Shown here one piece after another: positions 1-12,500 of a stretch of 45,876 bases of DNA. Where the stretch lies: the NCBI GenBank assembly GCA_000320545.1, contig ADNK01000470.1, positions 1-45,876 of the forward strand. The letters run 5' to 3'. Both the position numbers and the translations under genes were made by a program. This stretch comes from Bigelowiella natans CCMP2755. Lineage: Eukaryota; Protista; Cercozoa. The notes beneath the pieces were generated by a model, which searched no databases, was not told the DNA's origin, and worked only from the letters and a program-made list of their open reading frames with translations. The first letter of the stretch is position 1, and each line of letters opens with the position of its first letter.

Positions 1-77
1 GATTGGTAAATGCGTTTTTCTTGCATCTCCCGCCCCTCCCCCCTCTCCCCCTTTCGGCCCTCTCTTTGTTTAATCAG

Positions 78-312
78 GACCTGATGAAGAGTGCTGAATC
101 AAGGAAAAAAAAGGTCAACCGCCCTATGCTTTTGCGTACGCCTCAGATGTTTTTGGCTGATATTTGTTGTCCCAAATGGCCCCGCCCTGTGTACAAATCA
201 GATTGCGGCGTTAAAGGGGAGCTTCACTGGTTCGCCTTTCGAGGTGTTGTAGGATGATTGCGATGATGATGATGATGATTAGCTATACCGTTGATTGCTG
301 TGTTTATTAATG

Positions 313-352
<40 letters not shown>

Positions 353-528
353 CACTTATTCGTTGCATCGTAAAACAGGCCTACAAGAAAATGACTCGGT
401 CCGCCTCCCAGTATCATCTTCGCCCCGATCGGTACCAGGAAGAGGAGAGGGAGGAACAAGGCGGCTCCTTAACTTTCAAGAGCGGCCGCGGAGTTGACAA
501 TGATGATGACGACGATTACAGCGATTAG
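78..528 (+). CDS. 3' end of an unknown spliced gene (starts before the window)
   Basis: Three GT-AG-bounded exons (78-113, 202-243, 379-528) join in phase: DLMKSAESRKKK-IAALKGSFTGSPFE-AYKKMTRSASQYHLRPDRYQEE...DDDDDYSD*. Confidence 0.6.
316..350. repeat. (TA)n microsatellite, intronic
   Basis: Directly visible. Confidence 0.95.
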
Positions 529-972
529 ATCTAAGTAGTAAAAATCTATATCTAGAGTGCAACTCTGCATGTACATCGTCGAGGCCTGGCAACTGCTATT
601 CCTTGCAGGAGTGTCGTGAATACATGTTGTGATGGCCCAAGTGGACGCGCGCGAGGCGGGCATGCGATGCTAGCATAGCATGCATGCATGTGCACTGCTA
701 GACTGCACAAAACAATTTATAGCTAGCTAGAATGGCCAATGCTTCAATATACACCCAGATGCCGTTTGTCTTGACGTTCAGACACAGACGAAAGCTGCAA
801 CTTTAAGTGCACCACGTCTTCATTTGCCCATGCAGAGCTCTGCTGTGCTCATCATGCAATCGCATATATATCGCCGTGCTAGCGTGACTGGACTAGCGGA
901 GTCACAGCTCGACCAACAAACGTGCACAGCACTACAGACGAAACTAGGCGCATGCACTGCAGCCTGAGTGTT

Positions 973-976
<4 letters not shown>

Positions 977-1012
<36 letters not shown>
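977..1012. repeat. (TG)n microsatellite, intergenic
   Basis: Directly visible. Confidence 0.95.
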
Positions 1013-1016
<4 letters not shown>

Positions 1017-1296
1017 GTTTTGACATGCAAAGCCAGGTTGCATGTATGATGTGGCATCTCCCACAGAAATGTGCATGCATATATGTGTGCATGTGCACAC
1101 AAACACATGATTTAAACATAGACAATTCTGAATAGCTACATTAGAGCAACCATGATCGTAATTTTATAGATCATCAATGCTCGTCATGTCTAAATGTGTA
1201 CATGTACATGCACTCGGGGCGACAAGTAGTATTCTCCTTGTTTGCAGTTGTAATTGCCCACGACGATCGAATTCACATGCAGGATAATAATCTTTG

Positions 1297-1714
1297 TTAT
1301 ATCTCGAAAATAGGTTCCCCCCTCTTCCCAGGTTTTGCTTGTTGCTTCCTCCGTCTCCTCTTCTCAGCAGCCTTTTCCTTCATTCGGCTTAACGCAATTT
1401 CATAGATCTCGTCCATTTCTTTCTCCCAGTTCTCGTCTTCCTCTACGGGGGCGAAGAATTTAGGATCCTTCGCGTCACTAATTCTCCTAATGATGTCAGG
1501 AACAAAGCCCATGGCCTCGATTTCCTGTAAATTATGATGATGACATCTGTCACAATCTATCCTTTCAAGGAGAAGAAACCTCTTCTCTGACAAACAACAG
1601 GCTGTTTTGCTTGACCTCTGTCACGCCATGTTCGTAAGTTATTTCAGCAACTGGCGTTGTCGTCAGAGGAAGGTTGTGCGGACTCTCCGTGAAATCAACG
1701 AGTTCGACCTGAAG

Positions 1715-1751
<37 letters not shown>

Positions 1752-2302
1752 CGTTGGCGCAAACGCGCATGGCTAATCTGTCCTTACAACAAGAATTTCT
1801 TCACAATATAACACGATTTACGTGCTTTGTGACTGACGAGCTCGCCGTATCATACAAGACAGGCCAATCACCTTGCAGTCTGGATTAGAGTCTTTCGCGA
1901 ATTTCGTGGTTGCCCTACGAAGAAGAAGCAGCAGCAGCAGCAGCAGCAGCAAATCGTCATGTTCGATAGCACTCTGCTCTCTCATCTAATTCAATCGCTC
2001 CAGCTTTTGCAGTAGTTTTCATCGAGTACAACATGATTTCCATCTCATAGACGAAAGGAGAAGCGAAGTTAAACGTCGCCGTACCTTCGCCACAGGTCGT
2101 AGGAGCTACCTGCCTTCGGACACAAGTGCGTGGTTTTAATCACAAGGCGCTTAATGCCCTGTAGATTGAACTTCGCAAAGAGTCCTGAGGTTTAGAAAAG
2201 GGTATGTGAAATGTTGTACTTGTCACAACTGGCAAATGGCCAGGGTACATGTGACGGGATCTCCCATTGTTGGCTGCAATACACCCCCATCTCACCCGCC
2301 AT
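1297..2302 (-). CDS. Probable mitochondrial ribosomal protein mL53-like, multi-exon
   Basis: Spliced product MAGLFAKFNLQGIKRLVIKTTHLCPKAGSSYDLWRRATTKFAKDSNPDCKVELVDF...PVAEITYEHGVTEEIEAMG...EPIFEI*. The K-x-x-NPxCK-V...P-x-x-x-I-x-Y-x-x-G pattern recalls the MRP_L53 family. An alternative upstream ATG lies at about 2395. Confidence 0.5.
1717..1749. repeat. (TA)n microsatellite, intronic
   Basis: Directly visible. Confidence 0.95.
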
Positions 2303-2611
2303 AGCTCTTTCTCGGCACGAAGTATCAACTGGATGGGTGAGCTACATTTTTTGGGGATTTTTTTTAGGATATTTTCCCTATAAATTGCATACCATTTATC
2401 TTTACGCAGACAGAGGAATGACAGTGTTATCTTCAATCAAAAATATTTTCTGACTTCGCCCCCAAGATGTTTCGCGGATTAGGAAAATTCTCGACGATAG
2501 ACAATTGAATTATGCCTTCTTCTCCCTGCAAACATCGTAAGATTTTTTTTTTTTATGAATCATGGAAACAACAGTAACAACAATTACCAGCGCGAGATTC
2601 CCTAACCATTA

Positions 2612-3887
2612 ATGGAGTCATCGATAGGAGGAGCGATCCCGGAGGAAAGCGACCAGGCACAAGGGGAGGTTGAGCTTGCGAAGTCTCTCTTACTCTACGA
2701 GGATGAAGGCATTAGCGTCTCTACGATCACATGCTCTATTCCGCCTCACCTTGCGGAAATCATCCTCACCTATCTCCCCCATCCGATTTGCCTACAGGTT
2801 CGGGGAAAAGGGGGGGTGGTAGGAATTTCAGCTGGGCCGAACTCATTGTAGCTCTTTCCTCACATTTAGGTTGCAATTCGGATCCCAAGCTTGTCTGGTA
2901 GCTTTCATCTCTGGAGGTATTATCTCTTCCCCCCCCGCCCTTTAATGATGAACGTAACGAAAACATTTTCTCCTTTCCCCCTCCCATAAATTTCAGGGAT
3001 TTATGCCAGCGTCAATACCCTGTCGTCATGCGACGTGGAAAGGTGAAACACCGCAGTTGAGTTGTTCTTCTCGCCCCCCCTCCCCCACCCGCGTATTCAC
3101 GATTCGTCTGCCTCCTTGAATTCATTAGGGAAAGAGGAAGAAACATCGAAAGATGATGCAGGTTAGCAGCACTGCAGAACAGAGATCGGGGGAGGGGAGG
3201 GGGGCAGGGGCGGCTTACTTTCAGTTTTATTATTTTCAGTAGTATGACACTTTTACCTTCTCTACCTCTAGGAATCTAATACAGCCCATTTTTGGAGGTC
3301 CAGATACCACGGTATTAGTAATATTCTCAATTACTATATATGCTGCTTGTCGCTGCTGCTAGCGATAATGATAATGACGAAGCGTGCCGGTGCGACACCC
3401 CCTCGCCCCCCTCCCCCTTTGATTCGTTTAGAGCGCTGGACTGCCACGCTACGGCTGCGGAAAGAACGCGAGCAGAAGCTGCGCAACCTAAAGTAAAAAT
3501 AGCGCTACACACAAGCAAGAACAACGCAAAAAGCAGCTAGTTTGTGATCACGAACATCGGCGAATTTTATCATGCAACTCCTCCCAACCTATAGGTACCA
3601 ATATTTGAGACAGTACAGCAAGAGCAGATGGAAGAGCAAGATGGTGAGTAGTAGCGAGCGTTTTTTTGGAGAATAGGGGAGGAGATATAGCCGATACGAT
3701 TATGACACAAAAATGCTGCATCAAGCCGAAATAAGGGGTTATTACTGTGAATGGAATGGTTGTGCTCGGAGATGTTTCTTTTAACCGCATCAGTGTGTGG
3801 CCAGTAAGTAAAGAAATACTTATTCATTCTCTCCTCATCAGAATCAATCGGTTCGTCATCGGCACTAGCTCGAAAACAGTTGAATGA
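2612..3887 (+). CDS. F-box domain protein, many short exons
   Basis: Exon 1 contains SIPPHLAEIILTYLPHPICLQ. Following exons give VAIRIPSLSGSFHLWR-DLCQRQYP... (F-box followed by WRxLC), ...HFWRSRY..., ending about INRFVIGTSSKTVE*. The 3' exons are less certain. Confidence 0.6.
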
Positions 3888-4682
3888 TTTTTGAATATCG
3901 TGACGACTGCGCGGCGACAGTTTCAGACCCATCATGTATACGTCCCAGCGCGCTCTATGTCCGACAATTTGAACAGACTGCACACAGATCAAGTCTACGT
4001 GTAACAACCCAAGCGGATATATGCTGCAGCAGCAAATTAGCAAAATACCTACATGTGCGTGCAGCAGCATGCACCCGCCAACGATGTAAATACATGGAAT
4101 AAGATATTACAAACATGCTGGCATGCATAAATCTGTGGTGTACATGTTGGGGACATCACGCATCACATGATTTGCGACATCTCCGCCGGCACGTCGCATG
4201 ATGTGATCTGCATCTAGCTATGTAATTCGCATGTACATATATGTACATAGAGTGCACAATTGCACTACTACTACCAATGCATGCCATGGATTTCAATATA
4301 TGGATCCTCTCGGCAACACCTAGCTAGCTCGTCGTGACGTAGTAAGCCAGAGCGGCGGCCTGCTAACCTACGCTGGCGCATGAGCTTGCTCCATGACTGA
4401 CATGCGCTCTTTGCCATGGCACACATCTACCTCATAATAGACACAGTATAAGCACGTAGTGTCTATCATCCCTTTGTGATGCATTCGCAAACGTGTTGAT
4501 TGGCATGTGCAGCGTGTCACATGAATGCGAAAGGTTTGTATGCGCACACATATAGCGACGGCGTCATGACGTACGCACACAAAATGCATGCAGGAGGAAT
4601 ATATGTAGAGACACAAAGTCTACAAAGGAACATTCGCGAAGAATGAGTACAACTTCGACCACACAGCAGCTGCATCACTCTA

Positions 4683-5913
4683 CTACGCGCTATTACTGTT
4701 ATTTTTGGTCTGGTTTTTAGGAAGCATGATGCATAGCCGTGGAGTGATGCAGTCCCATAATTCACCACAGGCTTTCGCTACAACATCGAGCTGCAGCCTC
4801 TCCAGCCACGCAATGTGCGCGCGCAAGCAATCCTTCTCTTCGCCCACAATTCGAGCCGCAGCGCGTTTGCGGGCATCCCTTTGGACCTCTTCCGTGCTGA
4901 TATCCGGGTAGTAGCTGACGGTGCGCGACGCACGCAGAATACACGGGCAAAATGTCAGAAAGAAAGAAATGCTACAATACAAGGGGCGGAGAAACGAAAT
5001 CAGGAAGCAGACTTTACCCTCCCCCCCTCCCCCCCTTCCTCCTCCTCGAATTCTCATCAGGATCACAATTCGGCAGCAGGAATATAGACATGGAAAGTGA
5101 GAGACAACAACAACAACAACAAACACAGTTTGTGGAACAGGCAAATGCAGTAGTGAGCGACTCTTCATTCACGCGGCGCTGCGTCGCTGACCTCGTAGCG
5201 ATGGTTTCATCTTCCACGGGAAAGTCTCTGAGCTTCATAGAAGCCAGATTTTCGAGGGTCGCCTTGAAGTTGGGAGGAATCTCCACTCGCGGAAAGGGCG
5301 ACGACCCACCCGCACCAACGCCGGCTGATATTGGGCTAGCTTTGATGCGGTCATTGAGCTCCGCAACGAAGCTGTCGTAACTGTCCTTTGGAAGCATGAG
5401 CAGCCTGAGGCATTCCAACATCTCCCACTCCGCCCCCCCGTCTGACTTCACTTCAAAGTACTCCGAAAAGTCGCCTCGCCCTCGTGCCCCTCCCCGGGGC
5501 TGCATCTTCGTGTGCAGGGGAGGAGTAGGCGCTTCCTGGTCGCCAGCGGCGGCTCGTAGTTTTTCCTGGTTTTGCTCCTCCTGTAGCTGCTGCTGGTGAT
5601 GCTGAGAGCCGCTCACGCTTGGGATGAGTTTACACCGTCGGATGAACGACAAGCGTTCTGCGAGCTCTTCTATCGAGGCAGAAAAAGAGGACGAAGATGA
5701 CGATGAAGAAGCAGCACCAGCCGCAGCCTTGACGACGTATTCAAAGGGTATCTCACTGCTGCTTAAGGCCCGAGCGCTTCCTGGAGAGGTATATCAGTCG
5801 CAATGTGTGTGTGTGTGTGTGTGTGTATGTGTGTGTGTGTGTGTGGAAAGAGAGAGAAGGGGTTGGGTGGAAGAGGGGGGTGGGAGGGAGGGGGAGACCA
5901 CACCCAATCACCG

Positions 5914-5956
<43 letters not shown>

Positions 5957-6929
5957 TATTTATAATTATAATTATTAAAAGACGGAAAGTCTTAATTCAG
6001 TGGCGAGCGCATAGCAGCAGTTGTTAATTCCAGTATGATTCTATGCATCACACGAACGATGATGACGATGTACCATCGATAAATGCATATCGTCGGAGGA
6101 GCTCAGCATTGGGTAGATCGCCATAGGAAACAAACAGCTGCTCGCCCTTCCCCACGGGCCTAGTAGCTACCATCTCGAATCTGGCCGATTCTTCGCACAA
6201 GGAAAAACACACAGAGAGGTATGCGGTGAGTTCCTACCGCCACTTTACCACTCTAAACATGCGTGTGCGTGTGAGTCAGTAAATACGCGTGACTACGTCA
6301 TGTGGGATTCGATGCGTGCTTTTCGTCTTTGTAGCTGTTGATGCCGTCGTCGGTGTCTAAAGGCGTCGTTGGCGGTGGAAAGGTGCTGTGAGCGAACCGG
6401 TATTGTAAGCAAGCTTCACATTGGTAAGATTGCTTGAGGACGCATGGTTGACCATGTCCCACATCGGTACCATTCCTTGGTATCTGATAAGATGGTTGTA
6501 ACGTTCAGGTTTCTTCTCTTCGTCAGTCTATCTTTCTCCACCCCCCCCCCCCCTCTCTCTTCCCCTCTCTCTCTCCCGCTCATCGCTCGATACGCATATC
6601 TTTCTAATAGCATAACGTTGGTGTGCTGTTGTGAATATCATCTCATCAACAATCTTGAACAACGCACAAGGGCATGAGGAGGGGGAGGGGGAGGGGGAGA
6701 AAAGGTTCTTCTACCGATCGTCGCCGAGCTCGTACGAATTCGATGACACCACAATTGCAGCCCATCTGTGAGGGGGGCAATACGCAAACCAAGCAGCAGC
6801 TGCTCAAATCATCAAGCACGATCACCACCACATTCTCTACGACCCTGTGCATCATCATCATCAGCGGGAAGGGGGGGGGGATTGACGAAGCCAACAGATT
6901 CATCAAGATTGCGACGAATATCCACGAAG

Positions 6930-6974
<45 letters not shown>

Positions 6975-7620
6975 CTGTCTCACCTATACAAGCCGAAGAG
7001 CTGCTCCGTGGAGATATCTGCCCTCTCCAACATAGTCGAATTGAGGACTGTCCGGAAGAAGGGTTGCACGACGTGAAAGAACCATCGTTCCAGATGGCCT
7101 GGAATCGGTATTTCAGGTAGCAATGGGTCGCCCACGTGCAGCGTCTCATCGGCGCCGCTTTTGCTTTCGGAGATAATCTCAGGGAAGAGATGAGTGAGAG
7201 TGCGTGTGCCATTGAGCAGAGCAAGTTCCTTGAGGGCGTTGGGGAACGAGAAGGGGGGGAGGAGGGGGGGGGGGGGGGGTGGCAGAATACAGCCGTATGT
7301 TACTACAGATCTCATAGCACGGCAGTCTTGCACACGCACCCTTTTTTCCCAAAGAACGGGATGGTTCGCCGAATGCTTGAGGTTGTCAAAGTACGGTGTG
7401 TGCAACGAGGATCCCGGCGAGGAGGCGCCGACGATGAACTATTCTCAGCAGCAAACAACATGCAGCTTCAGATGATCTGAAGGAAGTGGTAATGCGGGTG
7501 TGCGGTTGTTCGTAGACGAGCATGGCAAGGTCAGGACCTCCAGCATGATGGCGATAACGAGTCCGCAGGTTTCCTATCGCATTTGTTTATTGTAAAGTTA
7601 AGTGTGCTGTGTGCGTTGTG

Positions 7621-7660
<40 letters not shown>

Positions 7661-8308
7661 CGTGTGTGTGTGTTACTATATGTGTGCACGCGTGTTTTAC
7701 CATTCCGGGGTGTGCGCCATGGCACAGGCCAGTCTCCCCCAACGCCTCAGAAATCCTTGACCTCTCCGGTAGAAATACAAGCTGCAGATATACCATGGCA
7801 ACAAAGGGTTCTCAAGCTCGATGTGTATACCTAGAGCTAATTTTGATTGTGCGCTTTAGGGTCGACGGCGGGTGTAAGCACATACGCTCTCAGGGACGCT
7901 GATGGGAACGTCGCCGGTCTTGATGTCCTCATTTGCAATGACTCCTCTCCCAAATTTAGCACCTAGGTGCGCCAATTCGCACTTGGACGTCTTTATGTCA
8001 TTTGCTGACGCCCACTCCACGAAGTGCTTCAGCGGCGGTGATGAGCGGAGTCCTTGAGGCCGCACCTCCCCGTTTCTTGCGTGCCTAAAACAGAGAAGTT
8101 AGGTGAGAATGGAGGGGGCATTACCAGGAAATTATTGAGCTTCTAACACCTCCGGGGATGATGATGAGACAGAAGAAAACAGGAGACTAGGGAGAAGGCT
8201 AAGAGGCACAGACGTCGTCGCCGCCCCTCGTGCGCTCTCATGCCCAGTTTATGATGACACCGGAGCCAAAAGGGCAGGACGGGACGAGTACCGATCCACG
8301 TTCGTCAT
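4683..8308 (-). CDS. SET-domain protein-lysine N-methyltransferase (SETD6/Rubisco-LSMT-like) with a putative N-terminal signal peptide
   Basis: FVEWA...FGRGVIANEDIKTGDVPISVP (about 7900-8030), MVPMWDMVNH (about 6440-6475), MVATRPVGKGEQLFVSYGDLPNAELLRRYAF (about 6080-6180), and a C-terminal LSMT-substrate-binding-like YPDISTEE...ARIVGEEKDCL. Hydrophobic RRRRLCLLAFSLVSCFLL lies near 8170-8225. The start is uncertain. Confidence 0.85.
5804..5952. repeat. (TG)n, G-rich and (TA)n tracts, intronic
   Basis: (TG)n about 5804-5845 and (TA)n 5918-5952. Confidence 0.9.
6934..6971. repeat. (TA)n microsatellite, intronic
   Basis: Directly visible. Confidence 0.95.
7623..7672. repeat. (TG)n microsatellite, intronic
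   Basis: Directly visible. Confidence 0.95.
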
Positions 8309-8348
8309 GATCATTTCAAATTTCGTGGAAAAACATGAGAAAATGGGG

Positions 8349-8449
8349 GGAAAACGACTGGGATTTGCGCATGCGACATGCCAATTTTTAGCTGGATAAT
8401 AATTGGAAAACGATTCGGATTTTTGCATGCGACATGCCAATTCTTGGCT
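8349..8449. repeat. Two 45-bp imperfect direct repeats in a divergent intergenic region
   Basis: 8349-8393 and 8405-8449 are identical at 39/45 positions by manual alignment; shared core GCATGCGACATGCCAATT. Confidence 0.85.
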
Positions 8450-8600
8450 ACAGACTAGATTAAGATCGCCATTGCAGTTACTGAAGTTACTACGAAGGAC
8501 CAACACTCGAGAGCACTCCACCATGGCAAGCCAGGTCAACACCTGTCCTGTGATGATAGCCTGTGCATGCATTCTGCTTTAGTTCCCACACCCGATACGG

Positions 8601-9100
8601 ATGAGTGTGCAAAGCACAACGAAAAAGGTCATGGCGCTTCAATCGAAGAACCATGCTCTTCTTCAAGAAATCGCAGCTTTGAAAAAGAAGAGGCCATCGT
8701 GGTGTGATTCCACCGACCCAAATGAAAGTGTGATAAACCGTTTGGAGGTGACGGCCGCACATGGGCTTGTGTTTACGATTGGAGGATCCAATAGCAAAAA
8801 AAAGAATGATTCTGGAGAGTGCTAGAGTGTCTGGATCCGGCAGATCTGGAGGCTGGGTGGAAGCAATTCTAGAATTGCCAGCAATGGAGACTGTGAGGAC
8901 TCGCATGGGCCTCACATGCGTGGATGGGAAGCTGTTCGCGATCGGGGGAAGAAAAAATGCGGGTACCAGTAGTACTCGTCAAATCCATTCGACGGGGAAA
9001 TTTTTGCGCATCGCTGTCTAGCTGGCAGCGAAACGGAATTTTGACAGGATTGCATGCCATGTGGTGCGATGCGCCATTGATGCGCATCGAGCTATGATGA
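8601..9100 (+). pseudogene. Decayed Kelch-repeat gene
   Basis: HGLVFTIGGSNSKKKNDSGEC is followed by TAG (8823-8825). The Kelch pattern resumes in the +1 frame: GGWVEAILELPAMETVRTRMGLTCVDGKLFAIGGRK. Only about 1.5 repeats are recognisable. Confidence 0.65.
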
Positions 9101-9567
9101 ATTCCGTCACGTGTGCGAAAACAGAGGATCGTGCTCTCGTAAGTCTAAATGATGCCCTTCCGTACACTGTGCTACTGAACCCTCATTTTGATGATCAGCT
9201 AATGTGATGTTCATGATTCAAACAAAGCCACGCCACTGCATGCAGCTTTTGCAAGAATATGAAGTTCAATGTGCAATGAGAAAGGAGAATCTAACAGCAG
9301 AAAACTACTGATTTCCACTTTTTTTGGTTTCAAATTTGCATGCACGGCAGCACATTGATTCTGCTGTGCGCATCTAGCTTATGCTAGCTAGGCGTAGGTG
9401 CGATGCACTCATGTGAAAAATTACCAAAAAAATTGCCGTGTGCTGTCACTGCTATCACTCTTCCCTCCGTTTACATCAAAGCATCAATTAATTAAAAAAA
9501 TGAAATCAAGGTGCACCTGCACCCTTGCATGCTGTACATTTTTTGTTTGATTCTTAACTTTAATTGC

Positions 9568-12500
9568 TTAAGTGTCCTCTCGAAGTTGTCGATTCGCACT
9601 TGAAAATGCGTTGATTCCTAGCATCAACCATCCTTTGATTGTTGTAAAAGCTTGTCCTGCATTTGAATATTGAGAATGTGGATATCTGGCACCTAATTGC
9701 TGAGCTATGACCAAGCCACTAACATATCCAAATTCATGGAGATTCATCATGAGCTCCGCTCCTGCAAACCAGACTGCTCCCCTCCCTTGAAATTTGTGTA
9801 AGTTTCTCCCCATGATGAAGAAATCTGTGGTATGCGGAATATGCTGAATACTACCAGATCCTAAGGGCAGGGATGTTAGAAAGGTGTCTGGGAGTTCTTC
9901 AGTATCGGAGTCCTCGAATATGATGGTAGATAATTGCTCAGGATCCGAGCAGCCTAGGGTATCCCTTCTTTGAATCGCGTTAAAGACTGTACCCCCACTG
10001 ATCCCATTGTTCGGTATATGAACATTATACATCTCTGCATGTGAGCAGTTGTTGAAGAGCAAAGGTTTTTCAGTCACGGATGATTCCTGGTGTACTCTGA
10101 ATGATGTATTTACAGATTTGATGTGACGAAAAATTTCTCTGTGCATCTCGGACTTTTGCATTATTTTACGGGTTGCTGCTAAGTTTGTAGCGACCACAAC
10201 CTGATATGTAATCAAAGAAACCCTTAACAAATTTGATCGACGAAGGTAAACAGAAGAAATTGGAAAATAATAGACTAGACCTGGTCAAATTCTTCTATCC
10301 TCCCATCTGCAAAATATAATCGAGCGTTTCCTTGAGCACTATCCCTCGGCTGTACGCCTATAATAGTTTCTCCCGTACGGATACTCAACGTGCTATGAGC
10401 TTTTAGTCGTTGTTCCCAACTCTCTAGGTAGGCAAGCGAACTATTGGGGAAAGTCCGTCCTACTATCTCTCCGAAAGATTTGCAAACTCCAAATTGTTCT
10501 TCAAAAAAGTGAACGAGAGCGATTGGCGATTCCAAGTACGTGATACCCGATGCGATGTAGGTTTGCTGACACGGCCTCAAGTACCTGCACAGTATATTAG
10601 AACATGAATGAATAAGTCTTCCATTGTCTTCATTTGTAAATTTTCACCTTCCTGCAACGAACTGTTGGTGCAAAAAATCGAAACTGAAATTGAATTGACT
10701 TACAAGCTGGCAAAGCGCTCGGAGAAATTATGCATTTGTAGAAATGTTCCTAGGGTTTCTGTCATAAAACGTTCCTCGGTGTAATCCTCTGCTGCCGCAG
10801 CAATTAGCTGATCGTATTTTTCAATCTGAACACAACATACAATAAATTGCTTATCTTCTAATCTCACCTTGTCAGTAACAAAAGTGACGTAGGCCAAATA
10901 ATACAAATATAGAGCTTTCTTTCAATGTATGAGGACCTCTTGCTGCATTTCCGATAATAGATTCTCCGCTGCCTCGGGCAGCCCTGAGGATCCGATTGCA
11001 GTGATATTTGACTGGAAATCTCCTTCATGAACAGTAACCGAGAACCGCAGCCTCCCAACTCTTGATTCTACCCTTAAGTCGCTTTCAAGTAGTTGAAAAA
11101 AGTTGTGGTATGTGGAATCAAATACTTTAAATGCCACATCCACACATTCTCCTCCTACACAATATGGTTTGATATTGCCTCCGAGACGCGGCTTGGATTC
11201 CTAACAGACATTATCATAGTGTAAATAATTTGAGATATGTGCAAGATATATTAGAGAAACAAATAAATGATAGAAAATAAACTCAGGAGTGATTGCAAGA
11301 TTTTGGTCATTACCAGGAGAGTAATAGCGTGTGGAGTATCCGTCGCTAGTTGATGTGCAATAGCCATTCCTGCAACACCTCCACCAATGATCGCAATTTT
11401 TTGCCCTTTGGGCACCTCCACAATACTGCAAGTGAGTGGATCTTGAAGTACTAAGGTGGAAATTAGAGCCATAGAAAATCCGAGAAGCAAAATACTACAT
11501 ACGATACTTGCAGTTTTCGGGATGCTTTCTCTGCTATGTAACTTATTTTGACGCTCCGACAGTTGACCAAGTTTTACTGCGTAATCCCCATTTAATGTTA
11601 TTATTGTATGCCTTCTTGCATCACAGGTTATCGATGCTCTTCTATCGGTGGTTGACGAGTCCATTACACTTCTGGTCGATTTTGCTCGCCGCTTTACATT
11701 TTTATATTGTATAAACCGTACCGAAGGCCTTTGAATATCCTCTTCACTTGCAATTGGCCTCTGATAATCTGTGCTGAGTCTTGAAGCAGAGACTTGTTTG
11801 TCCTCATTCTTCTCGTTGATAATGATACTCTCGCTCTTACTTTGAGCTGTTATTCTGATCGTCGATTTCGAAGCGTAAACCTTTTCTTCGTTTTTCTCGT
11901 TCATACATTTGGTTGTTGCCAAGGATGCCATTTTTACTGGGGATGGTAATACAGTAGAGTGAGGTTGTGAAATACGGTTGTAGTGTTTTGTGCCGATTGA
12001 CCAATAAATATTTGCTATGTATAATTGCACAAGAAAGGTTGGACCAAGGATTATTGGAACAATTATCCGAAGAAAGAAGATCCAATCTGTTACAACGGGT
12101 CTCGTGAAACACATGATGTAGTATAGATACCACGTGAGACCTCCAATAGCAACTCTGAGGAGGATTGTGTAAATTGCAGTTGCCTTTAGCACCAGATCCA
12201 ATCGTCGAACTGCATTATATCTATGGAGTAGAAGCGCAGACCATATGGGCTGTTCGCACATACCATGGAGAGAAAATGCTATTCCAAACCTATGTTGCAA
12301 AGAACATTGAACATTGAACTTCGCATTGTTGCAAAAACTACATGTGCAGTGAGGAAACAGCAGTAATTAATGAAATAAATGAAATCACAAAATGTAACTT
12401 ATCTATTAAACTATACGTTATGTGAATTCGACCTTGCAGCAGAAAGATCAAGGCATCGAAATGATGCTGTCGTAATGATATATAGCATAACAATTGAGAA

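Noticed and set aside
8790-8830. Programmed frameshift or stop readthrough in the Kelch gene
   Set aside because: No stimulatory structure is visible, and the product would still be a truncated propeller, so decay or a sequence error is simpler.
9094-9180. Possible C/D snoRNA (ATGATGA...CTGA with an 11-nt match antisense to 18S rRNA)
   Set aside because: The complementary stretch is not adjacent to a D/D' box, there is no terminal stem, and it overlaps Kelch remnants.
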